A DNA stretch of 62,213 nucleotides from an uncultured Rickettsiales bacterium (GCA_964584075.1 CAZOYV010000006.1:1-62213), one strand, 5' to 3'. Counted from the stretch's first letter, positions 34,249-42,973 are shown. Translations and numbers: made by a program. Notes: a model not told the origin generated them from the letters alone.

Positions 34249-35253
34249 ATGCGCTACCGGCGTGCCCTGCTCGTCCTGGCTTCCATCTTGCCGGTGGCGG
34301 GCTGTGTCGATCCCCCGGACGACGACGCCACGACGACCGACGACGACACGGTGGTCGACGACCTCGATGACGACGACTCGGGTGATGACGACACCGTGGC
34401 CCCCACCTTCGGCTGCGAGTCGCAACCGGGATTCGACTTCGCGGAGGCCGTCCTGATCGAGGGCGGTGTGTTCTCCATGGGCTCCGACGTGCAGACGCCC
34501 TGGCCCGATCACGCCCTGTGGTTCGGCGGCCTCCAGCATGCCTACGGAGACGAGACCCCGGCGCACGACGTGGACCTGAGCCCGTTCTGCATCGAGCGGT
34601 ACGAGGTCACGCTGGAGCGCTACGAGGCCTGTGTCGACCAGGGGATCTGTGATCCGCTGGGATTCCAGTGGAACCAGAAGGATGGGGTCGACACCTGGAT
34701 CAACCACTACCCGGAGGAGTGCTGGGAGGACCTGTCGCTCTGCCTCCACTGGCCCGTCAACGCCAAGCACCGCGCACAGGCGGCGTCGTTCTGCGACTGG
34801 GCTGGCGGCCGGCTGTGTACGGAGGCGGAGTGGGAGCGCGCCGCCTCGGGCCCGGGGCCGGACAAGCCCACGTACCCCTGGGGTGATCAGCCCCCGGACG
34901 AGGATCTCGCGAATGTCTACGAGTACGGCGATCCGGCGGAGACGATCGTGATCGATCGGGTCGACGCCCACCCCGCGGGCGCGTCCGTAGAGGGCGTGTT
35001 CGACCTGACGGGGAACGTCTTCGAGTGGGTCTCCGACTGGGTCGCCCCCTACGATGTCGAGCCCGGTGGGCTCCCCGCCGTCGATCCGATCGGACCGCCC
35101 CGTGGACGGCACCGCATCGCCCGCGGGGGATGCGGGTTGGCCGTGATGGCCCACGAGATCACGACCAGGATGACCGCCGATCCCCTGTTCGACGGCGGGT
35201 GAGTGGGGATCCGGTGCTGCCGTGACGCGGTGCCCCTGGAGGAAGGTGAGTGA
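34249..35253 (+). CDS. FGE-sulfatase/SUMF1-family lipoprotein with an in-frame TGA at 35200-35202 (candidate Sec, or a nonsense allele ending at 35202)
   Basis: Lipobox VAGC. FSMGS, DETPAHDV, IERYEVT, WPVN, GGRLCTEAEWERAA, YPWG and DLTGNVFEWV motifs. After the TGA the frame continues VGIRCCRDAVPLEEGE-TGA. Confidence 0.8.
35210..35240 (+). promoter_or_regulatory. Candidate bacterial SECIS-like hairpin
   Basis: Folded by eye: TCCGG/CTGGA lower stem, GC/GC pairs, bulged T, GCCG/CGGT upper stem, loop TGACG starting 21 nt after the UGA. Confidence 0.4.
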
Positions 35254-35650
35254 GCAGGGCCCTGTGCTCGTTCGCCACGGTGACTGGAGACAGCCACCGA
35301 GGAACAGAGCACCGCCCTGGCCTTGGCTTCCCATCGCGTTTCCAGTGAAGGCGCAGGCGTCCCGGACGTCGTCATCCGACGCCGTCGGTGGGTGTACTCG
35401 TCCCCGCATCCGATGCCGGCGTCGATGGCGAGAACCGCCAACGACCAGGTGACCATCCGGGATGGCCTCCACATGCCTCGATCGAGCCACGGTTTCTCGC
35501 CGCGCTCGAGTGCAGCTTCAGACCCGGAACGAGCCTGCCGCGGTTCCTGTTGCTGGTCGAGGTGGCCCCGACGATGCAGCCGTCCGCCCGACGGACCTCC
35601 GCCGCGCCGGCATGGCCAGCGCGGGGGAGGGGATGCGGTGTCTCGTGGAA

Positions 35651-37723
35651 CTACAGCTGGGTGCGCCAGGCGGCGACGTCGACGCCCTTGCGGGTCAGGG
35701 CGCCGGTGGGGCACATCTCGCACAGCTTGTCCCAGCCCTCGCCGGGCAGGGTGTCGGCGAGCTTGCGCAGCAGCGGCGGCATCACGCGGGCGGTGAAGCC
35801 GCGGCCCTCGAGCGCCAGGGCGTTGTTGCCCAGCAGCTCCTCGCAGGCGCGGACGCAGGTGGCGCACATGATGCACTTGTGGCCCTCGTACAGCACGTGG
35901 GGGTGGCTGTCGTCGACCAGGTAGGCGCGGTGGTCGCCGGCGAAGCGCTGCGGGTCGACCATGTACTCGCTGCCGTACCGCTTGATCTTGCAGTCGTTGA
36001 CGGCGCGGCAGCCGCAGGCGAGGCAGCGCTCGGCCTCGGCCTGGGCCGTGGCCTCGGTGAACCCGGTCTCGACCTCGTCGAACGTCGTGCGGGCCCGCTC
36101 CACCTCGATCTCGGGCATCTCGGCGCGCGGCCGCTCGTCGAAGCCGGCCACCACCTCGGGCGGGATCTCGGGGAGCGCGCCCATCATGTGGCGGTACAGC
36201 GCCGGGTTGCCGATCACCTTCTCGCCGCGGACGTACTGGTCGATCGAGAACGCGGCGAGGTGGCCGTGGCCCGCCGCGCGGACCGCGATGTCGGCGCCGG
36301 TGAAGCAGTCGCCGCCGGTGAACACGTCGGGCAGCGCGGTCTGCAGCGTCTTGTCGTCGGCCTCGATGCTGTTCCAGCGAGTCAGGCCCAGCCCGGTGTC
36401 GGCGGTGCCGAAGGTGCTCACCCGCTGACCGATCGCGGCGATCGCGTTGTCCACCTGGATTCCGTACTCGCTGCCCTCCTGGGGCACCGGCCGGCGGCGG
36501 CCGGAGGCGTCGGGCTCGCCGAGCTCCATCTTGATGCAGGTGATGTCCAGCGCGTCGCCGTTCTTCTCGATCTTGATCGGCGCGGCCAGCAGCTGGATCT
36601 CGACGCCCTCGTGCTCGGCGGCGTCGATCTCGGGCTGGAACGCCGGCATCTCGGTGCGGGTCCGGCGGTACAGGATGAACACCTTCTCGGCGCCGCAGCG
36701 CAGCGCGGTGCGGGACGCGTCGATGGCGGTGTTGCCGCCGCCGACGACCATCACCCGCTTGCCGATCTTGGTGCTCTCGTCGCGGCTGACCTCGCCGAGG
36801 AACCCGATCCCGGACAGCACGCCGGGCAGGTCCTCGCCCTCGCAGCGCATCGTCGAGGCCTCCTGGGCCCCGAGGCCGAGGAACACCGCGTCGCTGCGGT
36901 CGCGCAGCTCCTGCAGCGACACGTCGCGGCCCATCTTGACGCCGTACTCGAAGGTCACGCCCATCCGCTCCAGGACGCTGACCTCCTTGTCGATCACGTG
37001 GCGCGGCAGGCGGTACGACGGGATCCCCCAGCGCATCATCCCGCCGGGGGCCTCGGCCGCGTCGATGACGTGCACCGAGTGGCCCTTCTGGCGCAGGTAG
37101 AACGCGCAGGCGACCCCGGCCGGGCCGGCGCCGACGACCGTGATCCTCTTGCCGGTGTCGGCCTCGCACTCCGGCACGTAGTCCGACCCGGCGTTCTGGT
37201 CCACGTCGCTGGGAAACCGCTTGAGGCTGCAGATCGCGATGGGGTCGTCGACCAGCCCGCGGCGGCACGCGTCCTCGCAGGGGCGCGGGCAGACGCGGCC
37301 CAGCGACGCCGGCTGGGGCAGCTGCTGCTTGATCAGCCGCAGCGCGTCGTCGTAGCGGCCCTTGGCGATGTAGTCGACGAACCCGGGGATGTCGATGTTG
37401 CACGGGCACGTGGTGTGGCACGGGCCGTAGCAGTCCCCGAAGTGGTCGCTGAACAGCAGCTCGAGGCACATCCGGCGGGCGCCGCGGATGTCCTCGCTGT
37501 CGGTCGTCACGACCATGTCGTCCATCACCGGGGTGGCGCACGACGGCACCAGGTTGGGCCGCCCCTGCACCTGCACCACGCACAGGAAGCACGAGCCGTA
37601 GGGCTTGAGGTCCTCGTGGTGGCACAGGGTCGGGATCTCGATGCCGACGCTCTTGGCCGCGTCCAGGATGGTCCCACCCTCGACCTCGACCGGCTTTCCG
37701 TCAATCGTGAGCTTGATGGTCAT
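35651..37723 (-). CDS. NfnA/BfuA-like subunit: N-terminal [2Fe-2S], GltD-like FAD/NADPH oxidoreductase core, C-terminal [4Fe-4S] motif
   Basis: IPTLCH..CFLC..SC, PCHTTCPCNID, LGRVCPRPCEDAC, VVGAGPAG, VVGGGNTAIDA, CLACGC and CIMCATCVRAC. Confidence 0.88.
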   Translation of the reverse strand: MTIKLTIDGKPVEVEGGTILDAAKSVGIEIPTLCHHEDLKPYGSCFLCVVQVQGRPNLVPSCATPVMDDMVVTTDSEDIRGARRMCLELLFSDHFGDCYGPCHTTCPCNIDIPGFVDYIAKGRYDDALRLIKQQLPQPASLGRVCPRPCEDACRRGLVDDPIAICSLKRFPSDVDQNAGSDYVPECEADTGKRITVVGAGPAGVACAFYLRQKGHSVHVIDAAEAPGGMMRWGIPSYRLPRHVIDKEVSVLERMGVTFEYGVKMGRDVSLQELRDRSDAVFLGLGAQEASTMRCEGEDLPGVLSGIGFLGEVSRDESTKIGKRVMVVGGGNTAIDASRTALRCGAEKVFILYRRTRTEMPAFQPEIDAAEHEGVEIQLLAAPIKIEKNGDALDITCIKMELGEPDASGRRRPVPQEGSEYGIQVDNAIAAIGQRVSTFGTADTGLGLTRWNSIEADDKTLQTALPDVFTGGDCFTGADIAVRAAGHGHLAAFSIDQYVRGEKVIGNPALYRHMMGALPEIPPEVVAGFDERPRAEMPEIEVERARTTFDEVETGFTEATAQAEAERCLACGCRAVNDCKIKRYGSEYMVDPQRFAGDHRAYLVDDSHPHVLYEGHKCIMCATCVRACEELLGNNALALEGRGFTARVMPPLLRKLADTLPGEGWDKLCEMCPTGALTRKGVDVAAWRTQL

Positions 37724-37739
37724 CGTCTCGTCCCTTCCT

Positions 37740-39524
37740 TCACACCACCACGACCGAGTTGAAGCGACACACGTCCCGGCACACGCCGCAGGAGATGCAC
37801 TTGTCCTGGTCGATGACGTGCAGCTCCTTCTTCGTGCCGGTGATCGCGTCGGTCGGACAGGGCTTCACGCAGGCCATGCAGCCGGTGCAGGAGTCGTCGA
37901 TCACGAAGGTCGTCAGATCCCGGCAGCGGCCCGCCGGGCACTTGTGGTCGTGGATGTGGGTCAGGTACTCGTCGCGGAAGTACTTCAGCGTGGTCAGCAC
38001 CGGGTTGGGCGCCGTCTGGCCCAGGCCGCACAGGCTGGTGCGCTTGATCCGGTCGGCGAGCTCCTCGAGCAGGTCCAGGTCCGACTCCTGCGCCTGGCCC
38101 TTGGAGATCTTGGTCAGGATCTCCAGCATCCGCTTGGTGCCGATCCGGCAGAACGTGCACTTGCCGCACGACTCCTTCTGGGTGAAGTCCAGGAAGTAGC
38201 GCGCGATGTCGACCATGCACGAGGTGTCGTCCATCACGACCATGCCGCCGGAGCCCATGATCGCGCCGGTCTTGGTCACCTCCTCGTAGTCGACCCGGGT
38301 GTCGAACAGCTCCGCCGGGACGCAGCCGCCCGACGGACCGCCCATCTGGACCGCCTTGATCGTGCGGCCGCTGTCGGAGCCGCCGCCGACGTCGAACACC
38401 ACCTCGCGCAGGGTCAGCCCCATCGGGACCTCGACCAGTCCGCCGCGCTTGATCCGGCCGGCCAGCGCGAACACCTTGGAGCCCTTGCTCTTCTCGGTGC
38501 CCTTGGCCGCGAACGCCTCGCCGCCCTCGAGGATGATCCACGGCACGTTGGCCAGCGTCTCGACGTTGTTGATGTTGCTCGGGTAGCCCCACAGCCCCTT
38601 CTGGGCCGGGAACGGCGGCCGGAACCGCGGCATCCCGCGCTGGCCCTCGATGGAGGCCATCAGCGCCGTCTCCTCGCCGCAGACGAACGCCCCGGCGCCC
38701 TCCTTGACCTTGATCTCGAAGTCGAAGCCGGTGCCCATGATGTCCTTGCCGAGCAGGTTGCGCTCGGTGGCCTGCTCGATCGCCATGTTCAGGCGCTTGA
38801 CGGCCAGCGGGTACTCGGCGCGGCAGTAGACGTAGGCGTGGTGGGCGCCGATCGCGACGCCGGCGATCGCCATGCCCTCGAGCACCGCGTTGGGATCGCC
38901 CTCGATCGTGGAGCGGTCCATGAACGCCCCGGGGTCGCCCTCGTCGGCGTTGCAGATCACGTACTTCTTGTCGGCCTGCGACCCGCGGGCGAAGGTCCAC
39001 TTCAGCCCGGTGGGGAAGCCGGCGCCGCCGCGGCCGCGCAGCCCCGAGATCTTGACCTGGTCGATGACCCACTCGGGGCCCTCGGCGATGGCCTTCTCGA
39101 GGGCCTTGTAGCCGCCGACGGCGATGTAGTCCTCGATGTTCTCGGGGTCGATCTTGCCGCAGTGGCGGAGCACGATCTGCTCCTGCTTGGCGTAGAACGC
39201 CCCCTCCTCGTCCTCGGGGTCCTCGGGGTGGAACATCCACTTGTCCACCGGCTCCCCGCCGACGATGTGGCTCTTGACGATCTTCCTGGTCTTCCCGGCG
39301 TTGAGGTTGCCGTAGTAGTAGACCTCGCCGGCCTTGTCGCGGACCTCGATGATCGGCTCGGCGTGGCAGTTGCCCATGCAGCTGGTGATCCCCAGCTCCA
39401 CGTCCACGCCCGCCTCCGCGAGCTCTTCCTTCAGGATCGTCTGGATCTTGTCGGCGCCGGCGGCGATGCCGCAGGTCCCGAGACCCACGATCACCTTGGT
39501 GACTTCACTTGCGCTGGGCTCCAT
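37740..39524 (-). CDS. HydB/NuoF-like (BfuB) NADH/FMN subunit with an N-terminal thioredoxin-like [2Fe-2S] domain and C-terminal 2x[4Fe-4S]
   Basis: GLRGRGGAGFPTG, NADEGDPGAFMDR, GAGAFVCGEETAL, SCGKCTFCRIG, CPAGRC, CTGCMACVKPCP and CISCGVCRDVC. Confidence 0.93.
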   Translation of the reverse strand: MEPSASEVTKVIVGLGTCGIAAGADKIQTILKEELAEAGVDVELGITSCMGNCHAEPIIEVRDKAGEVYYYGNLNAGKTRKIVKSHIVGGEPVDKWMFHPEDPEDEEGAFYAKQEQIVLRHCGKIDPENIEDYIAVGGYKALEKAIAEGPEWVIDQVKISGLRGRGGAGFPTGLKWTFARGSQADKKYVICNADEGDPGAFMDRSTIEGDPNAVLEGMAIAGVAIGAHHAYVYCRAEYPLAVKRLNMAIEQATERNLLGKDIMGTGFDFEIKVKEGAGAFVCGEETALMASIEGQRGMPRFRPPFPAQKGLWGYPSNINNVETLANVPWIILEGGEAFAAKGTEKSKGSKVFALAGRIKRGGLVEVPMGLTLREVVFDVGGGSDSGRTIKAVQMGGPSGGCVPAELFDTRVDYEEVTKTGAIMGSGGMVVMDDTSCMVDIARYFLDFTQKESCGKCTFCRIGTKRMLEILTKISKGQAQESDLDLLEELADRIKRTSLCGLGQTAPNPVLTTLKYFRDEYLTHIHDHKCPAGRCRDLTTFVIDDSCTGCMACVKPCPTDAITGTKKELHVIDQDKCISCGVCRDVCRFNSVVVV

Positions 39525-39569
39525 CGTTGCTTGCCCTCTCGCTTGCGGTTGAAGGAGACCGGGGGCGGA

Positions 39570-40052
39570 CTACGCGTCCGCCTGCTTCCCGGCGCCGTAT
39601 TCCTTGACCAGGACGTCCTCGGCCTTGGTCCGGTTGAGCTTCCCGTGGGTGCTGTCGTTGACCATGATCACGGGGGCCAGGCTGCAGCAGCCGACACAGG
39701 CCACCGACGACAGCGTGAACCGCATGTCCGCGGTGTTGCCGCCGTCCTGGACCTCGAGCAGCTCCTCGAGCGCCTCGGTGATCCCCTCGGCGCCGCTGAC
39801 GTGGCAGGCCGTGCCCTTGCAGACCTTGATCAGGTTCTCGCCGACCGGCTCGAGGCGAAACTGGGTGTAGAACGTGACCACCCCGTAGATCTGCGAGGCC
39901 GTGATGTCGGTGTGCTCGCAGATGTACTCCATCGCCTCGATGGGGACGAACCGGAACTGTTCCTGGATGCCCTGCAGCAGGGGGATCGCGGCCTCCGGTC
40001 CGGTGCCGTAGTGGTCGATGAGCAACGCCACCTTGCCGAGATCGATGTCCAT
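39570..40052 (-). CDS. HydC/NuoE-like (BfuC) [2Fe-2S] subunit
   Basis: Start MDIDLG after AGAGGA. LLQGIQ, VVTFYTQF, VCKGTACHV and ACVGCCSLAP. Confidence 0.93.
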   Translation of the reverse strand: MDIDLGKVALLIDHYGTGPEAAIPLLQGIQEQFRFVPIEAMEYICEHTDITASQIYGVVTFYTQFRLEPVGENLIKVCKGTACHVSGAEGITEALEELLEVQDGGNTADMRFTLSSVACVGCCSLAPVIMVNDSTHGKLNRTKAEDVLVKEYGAGKQADA

Positions 40053-40121
40053 GCGGCTGTTCCTCTCGCTGTGGTGAGATCGCACTCCAGGGGCCATGCC
40101 CCCTGGAGCGTGGGGACAACC

Positions 40122-40150
40122 TTTATAGAGGGGGCGTGGGGGCCCGTCAA
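40122..40150 (-). promoter_or_regulatory. Near-consensus sigma70 promoter of the Bfu-type operon
   Basis: Minus strand TTGACG-N17-TATAAA. Confidence 0.75.
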
Positions 40151-40191
40151 CCGGACCTGCAGCGGTCGTAAGATAGCGAAATACAAGGTGA

Positions 40192-41253
40192 TTAGTCTGG
40201 GCGAGTTTCCGCGCCGGGTGACGGCGCGGCGGGGGCCGCCGGAAGGCGCCGTCCCGTGCGCGCGGCGTCGTGCTGGAACTGGGGCCACGGGACGTCGGCG
40301 GGACCCCCCGCGCCGCCGTCGAAGGCGTACAGGCTCCAGTCCCACGACGCAGCGAAAACGGTGCCGTCGTCGGCCAGCGCGACGGAGGAGCGCACGTCGC
40401 GCCCGACCCGCTCCTGCCACGCGATCTCCCCGCTGTCGAGGGCCAGGGCGTAGACGCGGTTGTCGTTGCAGCCGACGAAGCACACGCCGCCCGACGCGAT
40501 CGCCGGGGTCCCGTAGACCCCGTCGCCGAGCTTGCGCTTCCAGCGCAGCCCGCCGTCCAGCGCCAGCCCGTAGACCCAGCCGGCGCGGGTGGCGGCCAGC
40601 ACCAGGTCGTCGCCCACGGCGCAGGAGGCGTAGACTTGGCCCTCGACCGGCGTGTTCCACGCCACCTTGCCGTCGCGCACGGCGTAGGCGTAGCCGTCCC
40701 ACGCGCCGTAGTACACGGTGCCGTCGGCGCCCACCGCGGCGGCGGCGACCACCGGCTCGCGGGCCACCGTCTCGACCCGCGTCCCGTCGGTGCCGTACAG
40801 CCCCTCGCCGGCGAGCAGCACGGCGTCCCCGGCGCAGACCGGCGAGGCGCTGATCAGGTCCGAGACGGTGACCTGGGCCAGCAGCCGGCCCTCGGGCGTG
40901 ACCGCGCGCAGGGCGCCGTCGTCGGCGCCGAACCACAGCTGGCCCGCGGCGTCGACGCACGGCGTGGTCATCACCGGCGCGCCGACCCCCAGCCGCCAGC
41001 GCTCGGCGCCGTCGGGGTCCAGCGCCCGCACGACGCCGTCGTACGAGCCGAACACCACCAGGCCGTCGGGGTGGACGCACGGCGCGGCGTCCACCGGGCC
41101 GTCGGTCTCGACCGTGAAGCGGAGCGACCCCTGGGCGTCCACCGCGTACAGCTTGCCGTCGCGGCAGCCCACGTAGACCGTCCCGTCGGGGCCCACCGCC
41201 GGGGAGCACGCCAGCATCGAGCCGGCCTTGAACGACCACCGCAGCCGGCCCAT
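40192..41253 (-). CDS. PQQ-binding-like (BamB-type) beta-propeller protein without an obvious signal peptide
   Basis: Repeated SPAVGPDGTVYVG..DG.LYAV...G..RW. C-terminal WPQFQHDAARTG. Confidence 0.88.
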   Translation of the reverse strand: MGRLRWSFKAGSMLACSPAVGPDGTVYVGCRDGKLYAVDAQGSLRFTVETDGPVDAAPCVHPDGLVVFGSYDGVVRALDPDGAERWRLGVGAPVMTTPCVDAAGQLWFGADDGALRAVTPEGRLLAQVTVSDLISASPVCAGDAVLLAGEGLYGTDGTRVETVAREPVVAAAAVGADGTVYYGAWDGYAYAVRDGKVAWNTPVEGQVYASCAVGDDLVLAATRAGWVYGLALDGGLRWKRKLGDGVYGTPAIASGGVCFVGCNDNRVYALALDSGEIAWQERVGRDVRSSVALADDGTVFAASWDWSLYAFDGGAGGPADVPWPQFQHDAARTGRRLPAAPAAPSPGAETRPD

Positions 41254-41254
41254 C

Positions 41255-42442
41255 TCAGCCGCCCCCCTTCTGCTCGAAGCAGTAGAACGTGCCGTTGCGG
41301 GCGCCGATGTAGATCCGGCCCCCGCCGATGCAGGCCGAGGACACGATGTAGGACCCGGTCTCGAAGCGCCACAGCGGCTCGCCGTCGCGCAGGGCGAGGC
41401 CGTGCAGGATCCCGTCCCAGTCGCCGATCACGACGACGCCGTCGACCACCGTCGGCGAGGCCCACATCCCCGCGTCCACCGGCGCCCGCCAGACCACCGC
41501 CCCGTCCCCGGCGCGCACCCGGTGGACCAGGGCGTCGTCGGCGCCGATCACCACGGTGCCGTCGACCACTGCGGGCGTACCCCAGATCCCGCCGCCGGCC
41601 CGGTACCGCCAGCGGCGCCGCCCGCTGCGGCGGTCCACGGCGTAGAGGAAGCCGTTCTCGCACCCGATGTAGACGGTGTCGTCCACCACCACGGGGCTGC
41701 TGTCGGTGTCGTCGCCGGTGGCGAACCTCCACAGCGGGTCCCCGCTGGTGGCGTCGACGCAGTGCAGGTAGCCGTCGTAGGACCCCACGTAGACCCGGCC
41801 GTCGACCACCGCGGGGGAGGACTCCACCGAGCCGCCGGTGGCGTGGCTCCACAGCACCATCCCGCCGGCGTTGATGCAGTACAGGTTCTGGTCCTCGGCG
41901 CCGAAGTAGGCCTTGGACCCCACCACCGCCGGCGTGGAGTCGACGTCCTTGCCGCCGCACGGGAGCTTCCAGCGCTCCACGCCGCTGTCGAGCTCGAGGC
42001 AGTGCAGGTGGTCGTCGCGGCTGCCGAACAGCAGGCAGTCGTCCCACAGCGCGATCGAGCCCTTGATCGAGTCGCCCACCGGGGTCTGCCAGATCGCCTC
42101 GCCCGTGTCGGCGTCGCGGCAGTAGCACACGCCGTCGAGGCCCGGCACGTAGACCCGGCCGTCGGCCAGCGCGGCCTGGCCGCTCCAGCCGGTGCCCTTC
42201 CAGGTCCGCGAGCCGCCGCCGGCCAGGTGCTCGACGTGGCTGCCGATCTCGAACGACCAGCGCACCACCGGGTCGCGGGGCACCGTGCCGAGGCCCTGCA
42301 GGGCCCGGGCGGCGTCTCCGCGGAAGGTCGGGATCCGCGGCGCGGGCTCGGCCCGCCCCGGCCACGGGACCGCGCTGGCGGCGAGGGCCGCGGCAGCGGT
42401 GCGGCAGACATCCCGTCGCGTCCATCCAGGGGGTCTCGTCAT
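41255..42442 (-). CDS. Tat-exported PQQ-binding-like beta-propeller protein (~395 aa)
   Basis: Twin-arginine-like leader TRRDVCRTAAAALAASA..RA. Repeated SSPAVVDGRVYVGSYDGYLHCVDA.SG..LW. Confidence 0.85.
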   Translation of the reverse strand: MTRPPGWTRRDVCRTAAAALAASAVPWPGRAEPAPRIPTFRGDAARALQGLGTVPRDPVVRWSFEIGSHVEHLAGGGSRTWKGTGWSGQAALADGRVYVPGLDGVCYCRDADTGEAIWQTPVGDSIKGSIALWDDCLLFGSRDDHLHCLELDSGVERWKLPCGGKDVDSTPAVVGSKAYFGAEDQNLYCINAGGMVLWSHATGGSVESSPAVVDGRVYVGSYDGYLHCVDATSGDPLWRFATGDDTDSSPVVVDDTVYIGCENGFLYAVDRRSGRRRWRYRAGGGIWGTPAVVDGTVVIGADDALVHRVRAGDGAVVWRAPVDAGMWASPTVVDGVVVIGDWDGILHGLALRDGEPLWRFETGSYIVSSACIGGGRIYIGARNGTFYCFEQKGGG

Positions 42443-42562
42443 GGGGGAATCGTATCGGCAGGCGCGGTCGGCGCTCCACTCCTGGCGCGATGTTTTCCCG
42501 CTCGCATATACTGGGGCCCCTTTGCTGCCCGCCCGGAGCGCGGGCTGGGACTGGAGGCAACG

Positions 42563-42973
42563 ATGGGCGGCGATGCCAAGGAGAGCCCGGAGAAGAGCCC
42601 GGAGAAGCTGGCCCAGACGATCATCGACCAGAGCTTCGACGTCGGCGACGTCGAGCCGGTCCCCCCCGACCTGGTGGCCACGCTGCGGGTGGTCGAGGGC
42701 GAGGACCGCGGGGCGATGCTGCGCCTCGACCGCAGCGTCTCGACGGTCGGCCGCTCGTCGTCGTGCGACCTGACGGTCCAGGACGACCGGATCAGCGGCA
42801 GCCACCTGACGATCACCTTCGCCGCGGGCGAGTTCCGCCTACGCGACAACGACTCCACCAACGGCACGCTGCTCAACGGCTCGCCGGTCAAGGAGTTCGC
42901 GCTCAGGGACGGGGATCAGATCCGGCTGGGGCACACGGTGCTGCAGATGGAGATCGACTTCAAGATGGAGTGA
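42563..42973 (+). CDS. Small FHA domain protein (136 aa)
   Basis: VGRSSSCD, DDRISGSH, DNDSTNGT and LRDGDQIRLG. C-terminal part of ORF 41228..42973. Confidence 0.92.
   Translation: MGGDAKESPEKSPEKLAQTIIDQSFDVGDVEPVPPDLVATLRVVEGEDRGAMLRLDRSVSTVGRSSSCDLTVQDDRISGSHLTITFAAGEFRLRDNDSTNGTLLNGSPVKEFALRDGDQIRLGHTVLQMEIDFKME

Noticed and set aside
34026-35600. Integron cassette/attC interpretation of the SUMF1 segment
   Set aside because: No RYYYAAC/GTTRRRY boxes bounding a hairpin were seen, and no integrase is present.
35254-35650. Possible pseudogene or transposase remnant after the SUMF1 gene
   Set aside because: No recognisable motif in any frame; the ORFs there are short or shadows of the Bfu A gene.
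35651-40052. Calling these genes respiratory complex I nuoEFG, an [FeFe]-hydrogenase or glutamate synthase gltD
   Set aside because: No other nuo genes, no H-cluster motifs and no gltB; the extra Fe-S domains fit the Bfu/HydABC type.
40192-42442. Calling the propellers BamB or PQQ dehydrogenases
   Set aside because: No lipobox or bam context, and no dehydrogenase catalytic features; only the repeat fold is supported.
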